A stretch of 64,000 nt of DNA. Origin: Chiloscyllium plagiosum (taxonomy: Eukaryota). This document shows positions 52,040 through 64,000 of this stretch, piece after piece; position 1 is the first letter of the stretch, and the number at the start of each line of letters is the position of its first letter. Both the position numbers and the translations under genes were made by a program. The stretch spans positions 69,853,586 through 69,917,585 of the forward strand of contig NC_057711.1 in assembly GCF_004010195.1 (NCBI RefSeq). The letters run 5' to 3'. The notes under the pieces are model-generated. The model was not told the DNA's origin. It saw only the letters and a program-made list of their open reading frames with translations, and made no database searches.

Positions 52040-52790
52040 AACTGCCAGGATATTGAAAGTGGGGGGAAGTCAGGACTCATAACCCCAGTGAATTTCAAGA
52101 GATGAATGGCAAGGTTGTCTTGTTGATGAAAATCATTGCTTGGCACTCATGTGGCATGATTTTCCACTTATCAGCTCACACCTGAATATTGTTCAGGGGT
52201 TGCTGCATTTGAACATGGACTGCTTCAGTATCTGAGGAGTTCCAAATGGTACTGAATGTTGTCCAACCATCAGTGAACATCCTACTTCTGACCTTGTGGT
52301 GGATGAAAGGTCATTGATGAGGCAACTGAAGATGATTGGATCTAGGACACTACCATGAGGAACTCCTGCAGAGATGTCCTGAAGCTGAAATGATTGAATC
52401 CAACAAGGTATCTTGAGCTCCCTATAATTTGAGCCAGCAGAGATTTCTCTCTCGTTCCCATTGAATCATTTTGCTAGGCCTCCTTGGAACCATGTTTGTT
52501 CAATTGCTGCCCTGATGTCAAGGGCTGTCGCTCTCACCTCACCTCTGGATTCCACCTCTTTCTGTCCATATTTGGACCAAGACTGTAATGAGGTCAGCAG
52601 CTGAATAAGGTCTAGTGGTGTCCAAACTGAATGTCAGTAAGCAAGCAAGAGTCAATGATCTCTTCCATGACTTTGCTGATGATTGAGTAGACTGAGAGGA
52701 TGACAATAGGACAGTTTGGATTATTCTCGCTTTAGTGGAGAATGCATAGCTGGACAATTTTTTCCATTGTCAAGTAAATATCATTGCTGT
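52040..52790 (-). mobile_element. Second-family CR1/L2-group LINE internal (RT) fragment
   Basis: ctgccctgatgtcaagggc at about 52507-52525 reads ALDIRAA on the minus strand (RT LDxxxAFD region). Confidence 0.65.
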
Positions 52791-53014
52791 AGATATTATT
52801 GTACAAATATTCTTCAAGTTTAGAGTTAATTCATTCAGTTATTTTAAACAAGATTAAGGTGATAAGGTATAGCTTTTTTTGTTCTTGTGGCATTGTTGGC
52901 TAGCCCTACGTTTAATGCCATCTCTAATCACCCTGAGGACAGTTAGGAGTCAACCACATTGCTATTGGTCTGAAATCACATTTAGGCCAGATCAGGGAAG
53001 GATGGCAGATTTCA

Positions 53015-53114
53015 TTGATCCTCCTGCTTCTCGGATGCTGCCTGACCTGCTGTGCTTTTCCAGCACCACACTCTTGACTCTGATCTCTAGCATCTGCAGT
53101 CCTCACTTTCTCCT
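53015..53114. mobile_element. Single arm of the 12963/22621/56514 family, truncated just before the ribozyme core
   Basis: Close to the reverse complement of 12963-13062 (ctcggatgctgcctgacctgctgtgcttttccagcaccacac..catctgcagtcctcactttctcc). Confidence 0.85.
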
Positions 53115-54584
53115 AGTTCAGGATTCCTAGTCCAGGAGTAATATCACTGCTCTCCACTTGACATTGCCACACTGTCTAAGGATCTTTGGCAGATCATGTA
53201 CACTGCTGCTGCTGAGCTTTGGTGGTAGAGGGGTGGATGTGGTGCCAAACAAGTGGACCATTTTGTCCTGGATAGTGTCAAGCTTCTTGAGTGTTGTTTC
53301 ATTGAAGGTTTCTCTCCCTGATGCTGAGCAACGTCTCTTATTTTACTAAACCCATCTCAATAAGTAGCTACCTCACGCCTATGATGCTACCCTCATTAGA
53401 CTCTGGCCCCATTCTATTACAGCTGCACGTGGAGTAACTCACCACTGCCCAGATTTGTTCCCCATTTTAAGTATGAGAACATCATTGTCTTGTTAGTATT
53501 CCAAACTTGCTCACAAATTAGTCTCTCAAGTCTCTATTGGTCTGCTGGCATCTTGAGATTAATACTATTTAGTACTGTTATTTTTGATGCCTTTAGACAG
53601 TCTGGAATAATAAAAAAATTCTTAGTTGTTATGTTTTGCATCACACTTCTAATCTGTGCTTAACATTCCCAGTGAACTTCATCCTCTTCCTTCAGGTTTT
53701 GGAACCTATTAAATCTCTTGCCTATTTAGTCTGAGATTGCTGATCTGAGATAGTTGCATGCTTATGTAATACTTTTATTTGTGTCCAGGTTTTCCTTAAG
53801 TGAAATGTTGTTAAACAACATCTCCCAAACAATTTGCAAGTTAAAATGACCTATCTTAATAGTTGGCTCCTACTTTTCACGTCAAACGTAGATCAGTTTC
53901 TGTTTTCTTTTGATGCCCTGACTAACATTTCTATACATGATCCGGGACATGTGCAAATGCTTTGTTGAGATAAGCTAAATGTCTTCACTTTCCTGATACT
54001 GAGTCATGAAGCTGTCATGCATTCCACTTAAGAGCTTTTGACTCTAAGTCACTTGGGGTTTCCGAAATGATATTTGGTTGATTAAAATCACCCATTAAAA
54101 TAACTTTCCTGTGTCAAATATTCTTTTTATCTCTTCATAGAGCAAATTATCTTCCTTCCTGTACTGATTAGGAGGTATATAGCGTGTCCCTAAGTGTTAG
54201 CTTCAATTTTATTGTGTTAACAATCTCTTTTACCTCCCAGTGGTTTCTGACATTAGCCGTTCTACCTCCCTTCTGTCTACTCTTCTGAAAGGTTTATATG
54301 TACCTTCAATCTTCCACTTACTCACATCCTCTGGAGATAAATGAGTTTCCAATATTAAAGTATATTAAAGTGCCACGACAACCTCCACATTCAGTACTTC
54401 ATTATAATGTTACTAATGTTCATATAAATACATTTTAGGTTTGATTTACCTCCTTACCAAACCCTTACACCACCTTTTCTGGTCTCCATTTTATTTATAT
54501 ATCTGATTTGTTCCGTGGTACTTGCATGCCAATTACTCTGCATGTGTCATTCAACCTTCCCTGTTGCCACTATCACATATTGCT

Positions 54585-54950
54585 TAAGAACATAAGGATG
54601 GGAGCAAACATAGGCTATTTGGTGCATTGAGAAACTCCACCATTCAATAAGTTTGGGGCTTATGTTATTGTGGCTTTAAATCCAGTTTGCTACGAGCTCC
54701 CATAACCATCAACTCTCTTGTAGATCAAAAATCTGTTAACTCAGCCTTGAATATATCCAATAATCCAATCTCCATTGCTCATAGAGGAGGGGAATTCCAA
54801 ATACTAGTAACGCTCCAAGAAGAAATTCTTCATCTCCATCTTAAACAGAGGATCATTTAGACTGGAATCACTCTAATGAATCTTAAAAATGCTTCCAATG
54901 CAAATAAATCTCTCCTTTAAAAGGAGACCACAACAGTGCACAATTCTCTA
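54585..54950 (-). mobile_element. Old CR1 3' fragment
   Basis: taagaacataagg..ggagcaaacataggctatt tail and downstream similarity to the CR1 3' region. Confidence 0.7.
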
Positions 54951-55642
54951 GGCGTTTGCTGTAGACACCAAAAATTCACCAGGGATGCCTGCACATGTCA
55001 CACAAAGAGCGTAGAGATTGATTATTGCACCGAGGTCGTACTATTACATTAGCTGATGACAGAGTAAAATGGTAATACCTTCTCTGGGCTGTTGTGCACC
55101 ACCACAATTACCAGTGGTAACAGGGACTTGGCAACAGATGCGAGCACGTGGGGGAGAAAACACAATGGAACATGGCAGTTTTATGTGTGGTATTTATGAC
55201 AGAACCTGCCTTTCAAAGCTTGATCTATTCAGTATTCCGCAAGGTGCAGCATGTGTAAACACCACATCTGAAATGGATCTGTTTGCCACATACCTGTCAT
55301 GTTTTAGATGAAACAATACTATACTGGAGTTCCTAGTGTGGTGTCACTCATTTGCTGTCAGAAGACATTCTCACTTTGCAATAAAGGTCAACATTCCATT
55401 TGTTTTCATAAATACTTACTGCAAGTATTTACCAACCTTTTGTGCTTGGTCAGCTAGGTCTGTCTTTGCAGCACCCGTTTAAATAATAATGTTTTTTCTA
55501 CTTTTCTTGCCAAAATGGGCCACCTCACAATCTACCACAATGTAATCTCTCATTTTTTCTTTGTTAACTCACTTAACCTAGCAATGGACACATGTTAATG
55601 GGTCAGTGTCAGAGTAGGGAAGTGTCAGCTTCATTGAGTCTT

Positions 55643-56075
55643 TTTTTTATTCACTGAGAGGATATGAGCGTCACCAGATGGCCAGCAATTATTGCCCATC
55701 TCTGGTTGCCCTTGAGAAGGTGGTGGTGAGCTGCCTTCTTGAACCCCTGCAGTCCATGTTCTCTCAGTAGACCTGCAATGCCCTTCGGGAGAGAATTCCA
55801 TGACATTGAAGGGACAGCAGTATATTTCCAAATCAGGATAATGGGTGGCTTGAAGGGAAACTTGTAGGTGGTAGTGTTCCCATGTATCTACCGCCCTTGT
55901 CCTTCTAGATGGATGTGGTTGCAGATTTGGAAGGTACTGCAAATTTCTACAGTGCATCTTTTAGATCGTACACACTGCTGCTACTAAGCGTTGGTGGTGG
56001 AGGTAGTGGATGCTTATGGATGTGGTGTCAATCAAGTGGACTGTTTGTGTCTGATGGTGTCAAGGTTCTTGAGTG
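55643..56075 (-). mobile_element. Second-family CR1/L2-group LINE 3' fragment
   Basis: tttattcact..ttgcccttgagaaggtggtggtgagctgccttcttgaacccctgcagtcc is the inverted family tail. Confidence 0.78.
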
Positions 56076-56153
56076 TTTTCTCATTGAAGGTTTCTCTCCC
56101 TGAAGCTTAGCGGATTCTATAGTTATATTTGACCAACCTCATCTCATTGAGTA

Positions 56154-56506
56154 CAGGTCGACAATCCTTTATCCGAAATTCTGAAATCCAAAAAGCTCCA
56201 AAGTCTGAAGGTTTTTTTTTGCAAAGTTTTTTCTCATTAACAAGGTTGTTTGGCGTGCAAACAGTTAACCCAAGTTGACACACCCACTGGATGCGTGTCA
56301 CTTAGATACGATGTGGGCGGGCGTGGCCCAGCATTGGCAGGCCTCAATTCTGTTTCAGGGCCGTTTTACTCGGTGAGTCTGCTCGTCCAGTAAGATTTTT
56401 AAAAATTTCACCATCAAACTGTCACATCAAATTCTGAAATTCAAAAAATTGCAAATTCCGAAAACTAGGTGGTCCTGAGCATTTCGGATAAAGGATTGTG
56501 CACCTG
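56154..56506. mobile_element. Non-autonomous Tc1/mariner (Tigger-like) DNA transposon, 353 bp
   Basis: 26-bp TIRs caggtcgacaatcctttatccgaaat and atttcggataaaggattgtgcacctg (24/26 match); TA TSD at 56152-53 and 56507-08; subterminal repeats of aaattctgaaat. Confidence 0.9.
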
Positions 56507-56513
56507 TACCTAC

Positions 56514-56731
56514 GGGGAGAACGTGAGAAACACAGATGCTGGTGATCAGAGTCAGAAAGTGTGGCGCTGGTAAAGCACAGCTGGTCAGGCAGCATCTGAG
56601 GAGCAGGAGAGCCGACACTTCGAGCATAAGCTCTTCATCAGGGAGGGGGCCTATGCTCAAAACATCGACTGCCCTGCTCCTTGGATTCTGCCTGACCAGC
56701 TGTGCTTTTCCAGCATGACACATTTTGACTC
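56514..56731. mobile_element. Palindromic Penelope-like derivative with hammerhead-like core
   Basis: Inverted arms. The minus core at 56614-56641 reads CTGATGA-A-GAGC-TTAT-GCTC-GAAG-TGTC; the plus core lacks its CUGAUGA box. The 16-bp TSD has its left copy split by the MITE. Confidence 0.85.
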
Positions 56732-58769
56732 ATTAAGCACCTACTCCCACTGCACTGATGTCACTCTCATTAGATTCTAGCCCCACTCTAATGCTGCCGT
56801 ATTGGAACAATTCACTACTTGTTGCTCCCAACAAGAAAGGCCTCATTGGATTTGCAGCATGCTTCTACCTGATTTCTCTCAATTGCCCACGTTGTTCAGG
56901 TCTCTGTAAGATTCATCCTATATCCTTTCCTGTAACAATCATTTCTATCTAATTTTCGACAGTACCCGTGATTCCTTCATCCATATTGGTGACTGCATGG
57001 TATGTAGGGATGCTTGTTGATGATCATAAGTATTCCCTGATCTTGGAGATGAGCTGAGAATCACAGCATAGAGCCAGTGATTATTGTGGGGCTTGCTGAT
57101 CAAAGCAAGGCTTATAGGATTGGGGTCAAGGTTGGAGAAGAATGCCCTACTGCTCCTGACATCTTCATTCCACCTCCCTTTAGCTCTTTGGTTTCTGAAA
57201 GACCAGGATAGAGATCACAAAGGGATGAAGTATGGATTCACTGTAGTTTGGAGGCTGGGAGTTATGGAGAGTGGTGCTTGTGGAGTTAGTGGATAATGCT
57301 AAGACTGAATTTCAGACAAAATCATGAAAGTGTAGTTCATTTAAGTTTCAATTAAGCAGACTGCGATCTGGGAGCAGGATGATTGTTTACGGAAATCCAA
57401 AGGGGGCAGGTTGAAGGATGGCTGGTCAACTTTGAGATTTTTTTAATATGTTATACTTGACCAGATTCTCCCTTCTTGGGAGCTTAAATTCCCCCCATTC
57501 TATGCAGTATTCCAAGAAATTGACTAACACTTAAAATTATTTAATCTTTATATTCCATATTTGCTATTTGCATTGCCTTCGGATATTCTGACTCAGTGTC
57601 TGAATTCTGTGTAATATTATTCTAAGAACAATAACCAATATAGGCTATTCATTGGACATTCATAAATACAGCACATGATTTCATTTAACCCTTTTTTTTT
57701 TGAAAAACACACAATTGTTAATGCTTATGCTACCCACTTTCTGGAAGCAAATGTTACCCCATTCTTGAATGAGTTTTTTTTTAATTGTGTTTAGAAATAT
57801 TTGTTGTGTTTCATTTTGTTTAATGGCAGTATTTTACTTATTCTACTTAATAGTATCTCAGTTCTTCAAAATCAAAACTGTATCTTGCTGAGAGACTGAG
57901 CAAAGGCATTGATTAACAATCACTTTGGCATCAGGGCCACTGTCCGGATACATTTTTTTTTGTTTTGCATATCTTATTGATTTTAAGCTGGTAAATGAGC
58001 ATCATATGGATGAAGTGAAGTTGAACTGTTTACAGGCACAAAAATAACCTTTCAATAAGAAAAGATGCATGGGTCATACTATCGGTACTATTCTGCTGCC
58101 CCAAGCAGATGGCATTCAGCTGGTATTGATTTCTTCCTGTAGTTGTGGAGCATCACACAGCTGGGCATGCTCATTTCAATTTTTTTTCCTTCTGATGGTG
58201 AGGGAGAGTGATGAATCTTGTTCCCCACTTTGTTTGCAATCCTTTCCCTCCTGAAGCAACATTGTTTTTGAAGAGATGTTGATAAAAATTTCTGCAGTGA
58301 AACCTGTGTTATCATAATGCTTGCTATGTCAGCATTTTACAAAATTGTTTCACAACATCAGAAATGGTCTAGGTGACTCATCTTACAATAAATCAAAACT
58401 TGAAATTCAAATGTCATGTTTCCTTTACCTCAACATCAGCTGACTGCAGGTTATAAAATAGACAGAGAGTTCATACAGATATCAGAGTTTCAACGTATTA
58501 TAGATCTTTTATATGTTCAAGACTGAAATAACATCTATGTTGAGCCCAAAGCACTTGATAGTCATTGAATTAGTAGTGAATTGTTATCATTGTTTCATAG
58601 ATAAGTGTGGCAGCACAACATATCCCCATTTGCAGCACGACTATAAATGGCCAATTAACCTGTTTCCGTACTGCTGGTTTAAGGATAAATTTGTTTTATG
58701 GGGGATGGTAGTGGGGAAATTGACTTAATATCTCAACTAATTTTTCTTGTTTTAACCTTGTGATGCGTA

Positions 58770-59655
58770 ATGTAAAAATGGACATGAATTCTTAATCTGT
58801 GCAAAGTCTGAGGTGATGCATTTTGGTAAGAAAAACATTGAGAAACAGTACAAAATATTGCAAATCACCACCCCTTCTTGAGAGTAATTAGAAATGGCAA
58901 TGAATGCTGGCCCAACCAGCAATACTCACTTTCTATGAACAAGTAAATAAAAGGATTACAATTCTAAAGAATACAGGAATAGTAGGACCAGAGTAATATG
59001 TGCATAAGTCGTTAACATTCGCAGGATAGGTTGAGAGAGCAGTTAATAAAGCAGACAGTATTCTATGCTTTATTAATAGGTTATAGAAAGCAAGAGCAAG
59101 GTAGTTATATTAAATTTACATAAGAGTCTACTTCAGTTCTATTCTTAGCACTGTACTTTAGGAAGAATGTGAAGGCATCGGAGAAAGTACCAGAAGAGGT
59201 TTATGAAAATTATTCCTGGGATGAGGAATTTCAATTATGAAGATAGCTTGGGGAAGTTAAGAACGTTTTCCTTGGGGAAGAGATGGCTGAGAGGAGGTCT
59301 GACAGAAGGATTCAAAATAGTCAGAGTCCTTGACAGATTAAATAGGGAAACGCAGTTCCCACTTGTGAAAGAATGGAGCACAGAAGGGCACAGACTTAAA
59401 CTGATTAGTAAAAGATGCAAAAATAATACGAGGAAAAACTTATTCATACAAATTGAGAGGATCTGGAATGCGCTGCCAGAGGATGTGATGGAGGGATGTT
59501 CGACCAAGGTATTCAAAGAGAATGAAAAGGTTACTTGAAAAGGAGCATTAAGCAAGGTTATGGGGAGAAGGTATGAGAATGGCGCGAAGTGAGCTACTTA
59601 TCTGAGAACTTCATAATTTGATGGATCAAATGGACTCCTACTGCACTGTAACAAT
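58770..59655 (+). mobile_element. Old CR1 RT C-terminus and 3' end
   Basis: ORF 59203-59538 (LRGGLTEGFKIVRVLDR..RIWNALPE); a KSEVMHFG motif at about 58803. Confidence 0.82.
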
Positions 59656-59899
59656 TCTCAGATTGGGTTTTGTACCTGAATTTTCTGCATTGCCTTTCAA
59701 ATATATTTACCTGAGGGTGTAACAGTAATTAAAACCCAAGGGGGCAATATCACACTCGAAATGTAAGCATTTTTTTCTCTCCATAGACATTGCCTCACCT
59801 GATGAGTTTCTCTAACACTTTCTATTTTTATTTCAGATTTCCATCATCTTTGCTTTTATTAAATTGAAGCCTATATGTTCTCAATTAATACTGCAATTA

Positions 59900-60450
59900 T
59901 TGCGTCATGAACAGTGTGCCACAGGAATCAGTGCTGGGCCCTCAACATTTTATAACTCAAATATAAATAGTTTGAAAGTATGGCAGCTAACCTTGGTGAT
60001 GACCACAAGGGTAGGTAGTAAAATAAAGCTGTGAAGAGGACATAATGCCTCTACTAAGGGATAGAGTTAGGTTTTGTGTGTGTGAGCAAAGATCTGACAA
60101 AATAGAGTGTAATGTGGGAACACGTAAAACTGTCAGCTTTTGCAGGAAGAATAAGAAGAAGCTGTTTACCTAAAAGGTATTCCTTACAGAGATCTGGAAT
60201 GCTGATGGATTTGGGTGTCCGAGTACACGAGTCCCAAAATGTTTTTATGCAAGTACAGCAAGTAATTTAAAAAAGGCTAACAGAATGCTATCCTTTATTG
60301 TAAAGACAATTAAATACAAAAATTAAGAAGATGGCCCTCAGTTATATGTGGCATTAGTGGGACCACGTTTGAAATACTGTGTACAGTATTATTCTCCTTA
60401 TTCAAGCAATGTTGATTTAGAGAAGTAGACAAGTAGATTTAAAGAAGAGA
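59900..60450 (+). mobile_element. Old CR1 RT fragment
   Basis: VPQESVLGP (gtgccacaggaatcagtgctgggccct) and LYVALVGPRLKYCVQY motifs. Confidence 0.8.
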
Positions 60451-60649
60451 TACACAGCAGTTGGTGACTGTCAGGAAAGGTAACAAAGTAGTTCAGAAGT
60501 CCTTAGTTAGGTAAAGGATTAAGACTTTGCAGAGTGAATATTAAAAGTTAGGTAGAAGGTGATCTCTGGTTTACTCCTGCTGCCAGGTTTTAAACAGGGA
60601 TGGGATATTCAAATTTATTCAAAGAGATAGGGCAGATAAATCCATGGGT

Positions 60650-63600
60650 GAAGATATGATGCAATGTGCCAGGATTCAGGTTCTTGGATCAATGGGATCG
60701 CTTCTGGGTTTTAACCTGAACTGGAAAGGGACTAATATCCTGGTGGGGAAATGTGCTAATTCTACTTTGGGAGCCTGTAAACTGTTGGGGAAAGGTGGTT
60801 GTGGGGGGGTGAGGGGGGGTTCCTAAGTATCAATGGAAATAGAAAGACAAATGGGGTTGGTATGAATCAGAAAATAGCAAGTTAATTAGAAAAGACAATC
60901 AAGATTAAGTCAGAGAACAAGGTAACTCTGAAGAATTAAAATGCATTTATTCCAGTTGACAAGTATGGCGCTAGAAAAGCACCGCAGGTCAGGCAGCAGC
61001 CGAGGAGCAGGGCAATCAACATTTTGGGCATAAGCCATTCCAGTGTAAGGGGTGTTACTTGTAAAACTGATGAACTCAGGGCACATATCCTAATTTGCAG
61101 CTGGGATATCATAGCTATTACAGACACTTGGGTGAGGGAAAGACAGGACTGGCAGCTCAATGTTCTGGTTTTAGATGCTATAGGGAGGAGGGGGAGTGGC
61201 GCTTTTGATTAAGGAAAACATTACTACTCTAATTAGAGAGGATATTTCTAGGGGATCATGCGGTGAAAATATATGGGTTGAAATTAGAAATAAGAAAAAG
61301 ATGATCACACCAGTAGTCAGAGGGATATTGAGGAGCAAATATGTAGAGAAATCTCAAGATATATGTAAGAATAATAGGGTTGTAATAGAGATTTTAATTC
61401 TCCAAACGTAGACTGGAACTGCCATATCAGTTAAACATTTGGATGGTGAGGAACTTGTAAAATGTGCTCAAGAAAATTTTCTTTATTAATATGTAAATAT
61501 TCCTCTTAGAGAAGGACAAAACTTGACCTTCTCTTGGGAAATGAGGCAGGGCAAGTGACTGAAGTGTTAGTAGGGGAACAAGTTGGACAAGTGATTACAA
61601 TTCCATTAGTTTTGAAATAAGCTTGGAAAAGATTAAGCCTTTCATACAAGATAATGTTCTTAATTGAAGTAAGGCAAATTTTAATGGTATGGAACAAGAA
61701 CTTTCAAAAGTTGATTGGAGTAGGTTGTTCACAGGTAAGTGGGTAGCTTTCAGAAGTGTGATAACAGAAGTTTGGAGGCATTATGTTCCTGTCAGAGTGA
61801 AAGATAAGACTGGTAAGATTAGGTAACAATGGATGAACTAAAATATTGAAGTTCTGGTCAAGAATAAAAAAGAATCATTTTTTAGATATAGACAACTGAG
61901 ATCAAATGAATCTTTTGAAGAGTATAAAGAATGTAGGGGCATTCTTAAGAGGGAAATCAGGATTGCAAAGAGGGGATATGAGATAGCCTTGGCAGATAAG
62001 GTTAAGGATATTCCAAAGAGATTCTACAAGTACATTAAGAGCATAAAAGCAACTAGAGAGGATTGTCCTTGTGTTGAACCTCAGGAGATTAGAGATATAA
62101 TAAATGAATATTTTGTGTCAGCTTTTACTGCAGAGAAAGAAATGGAGGCTAGAGAACTAAGGGAAATAAATATTGATGTTTTAAAAACAGTTCACATTTT
62201 AGAAGAGGAAGTGCTGGAGGTCTTAGAAAACATAAAGGCAGATAATCTCCAGGACCTGATCAAGTGTATCACAGGATGTTGTGGGAAGTTAGGGAGGAAA
62301 TTACTGGGTCCCTAGCAGAAATATTTGTATCATCGATAAACACAGAGGTGAGGTACCAAAGGACTAGAGGATGGCTAATGTTGTGCCTTTATTTAAGAAA
62401 TGCTGTGCCTTTATTTAAGAAATGCTGTAAGGACAAGTCTGGGAACTATAGACCTGTGAGTCTGACATCGGTGGTGGGTAATTGTTGGATGATGTTCTGA
62501 AAGATAGCATTTACATGCATTTGAAGGGGCAGGGAATGATTCTGGATAGTCAGCATGATTTTGTGCAAGGGACACCATGACTCTCAAACTTAATTGAGTT
62601 TTTTACGAAGTAACCAAAAAGCTTCATGAGGGCAGAGTGGGAGATGTTGTTTACTTGGATTTTAGTAAAGCTTTTGATAAGGTTCTGTGTGGTAGACTAA
62701 TTAGTAAAGTTAGATCACATAGGATTCAGGGTAAACAAGTGGTGCAGGGTTGTTTTTCAGTCTGGTGGCCTGTAAACAGCAATGTTCTGGGTACTGGGTC
62801 CACTTTTGTTTGCCATTTATAAATACGATTTGGATGAAAAAATAGCAGGCATGGTTAGTAAGTTTGCAAATGCCACCAAAATTGGCAAAGTGGACGATGA
62901 AGAAGGTTATTGAAGATTACAAAGAGATCTTGATCAATTGGGTCAATGAACTGAGGAGTGGCAGATCGAGTTTAATTTGGATAAAACAAAAAGGGCAGGA
63001 CTTATACAGATAATGGTAGGGCCCTGGGTACAGTTGTAGAACAGAGAGACCTATGGGTTTGGGTAGATAATTCTTTGAAATTTGCGTGACAGGGAGACAG
63101 AGTGGTTGACAAGATGTTTAGCATGCTTGTCTTCATTGCTCAAACCTTTTTAGCCTAGGAGTTGGGACGACATGTTGAGGTTGTGCAGGATGTCGGTGAG
63201 GTGTCTTCTGGAGGAAGTATGCAGTTCTGGTCACCCTGTTATAGGAAGGATATTATAAAATTGGAAATTTTTAGGAAAAGATGTACCAGGAAATTGTTGG
63301 GAATGGGGAGTTTCAGTTATAAGAATAGGCTGGGATTTTTTTTCATTTTAGTGCAGGTGGTTGAGGGGTGACCTTTTGAAATTAAAATCATAAGGAACAT
63401 AGATAAGGTGAATAGCAATGGTCTTTTCCCTAGGGTGGGGGAGTTCAAAACTAGGGAGAATATTTTTAAGGTAAGAAGAAAAGGACTAAAAAAGGACATA
63501 AGGGGCAACTTCTTTACACAGACAGTGGTTAGTGTGTGGAATGAATTGCCAGAGGAAGTAGTGGATGCAGGTACAGTTACAACATTTAAAAGATATTTGG

Positions 63601-63740
63601 ATGGGTACATGAATAGGGGGGGTTTGTAGGGACATGGGCTAAGTGCAGGCAGGTGGGACTGGTTTAGTTTGGGAACATGGTCAGTGTGGACTAGTTGGAC
63701 GAAAGGGTCTGTTTCTATGCTGCATGACTCCATAACTCTA
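60650..63740 (+). mobile_element. About 3.1-kb CR1 LINE (ORF1 end, ORF2 endonuclease + RT, 3'UTR), decayed
   Basis: ORF pieces WDIIAITDTW (endonuclease), GNYRPVSLTSVVG, VVYLDFSKAFDKV and RGNFFTQTVVSVWNELPEEVV; the CR1 tail ends at about 63740. Confidence 0.93.
60957..61036. mobile_element. 80-bp single arm of the fold-back family inserted in the CR1 ORF2 start
   Basis: 8-bp direct repeat attccagt at 60949-60956 and 61037-61044; the arm ends in a partial core (minus strand GGC-TTAT-GCCC-AAAA-TGTT). Confidence 0.75.
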
Positions 63741-64000
63741 ATAATAGCCCTTGGGGACTGTCAGCAAAGGCCTTTGTTGAAATTACACAGGTAACACTAC
63801 ATCTTTGGTGCAGTTTCAACAGACACCAGATGGCCTGTCAATCAGAACAGTTCAGCAAAGGGTTTTGTTTTCACTCTCATTGTCAGCCTGTTTCATCATG
63901 TTGTAAGAATTAGGATTTAAAGTCTTAAAATCATGACACTAATTTCTGTAACATCTACTTTATCAACTCATGACATCCATACTGCAATAAATGACAGTTG

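Noticed and set aside
12843..56723. Recurring small ORFs such as MLEIRV..KAQLVRQHPR (12985, 22641, 56536) as a peptide gene family
   Set aside because: They are chance translations of the non-coding fold-back repeat, occur on both strands and differ by frameshifts.
62379..62428. 22-bp tandem duplication (tgtgcctttatttaagaaatgc)
   Set aside because: A local duplication inside a dead CR1 ORF2; no function implied.

Overview
Vertebrate genomic DNA, very likely a shark or other elasmobranch (an HE1/V-SINE and shark-type CR1 LINEs are present; the species cannot be determined). The only host coding sequence I can support is two internal, phase-0 exons of sorting nexin 24 (SNX24, PX domain) on the + strand, at 8440-8523 and 11352-11456. 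The rest is probably intronic and repeat-rich: many CR1 LINE pieces (one near full-length at 40951-45500 inside a three-layer nest), L2 and Rex-like fragments, tRNA-derived SINEs and TA-flanked Tc1/mariner-type MITEs. The most interesting signal is about a dozen short, non-coding, mostly fold-back insertions, several with 8-19 bp target-site duplications (TSDs). Their arms carry a minimal hammerhead-ribozyme core (CUGANGA, one extra nucleotide, stem II, GAAA, NUH) whose helix sequences differ between families while pairing is kept. I interpret them as non-autonomous Penelope-like-element derivatives; the family assignment is inferred and activity is untested. Repeat boundaries were read by eye and are approximate unless a TSD or terminal inverted repeat (TIR) is quoted.
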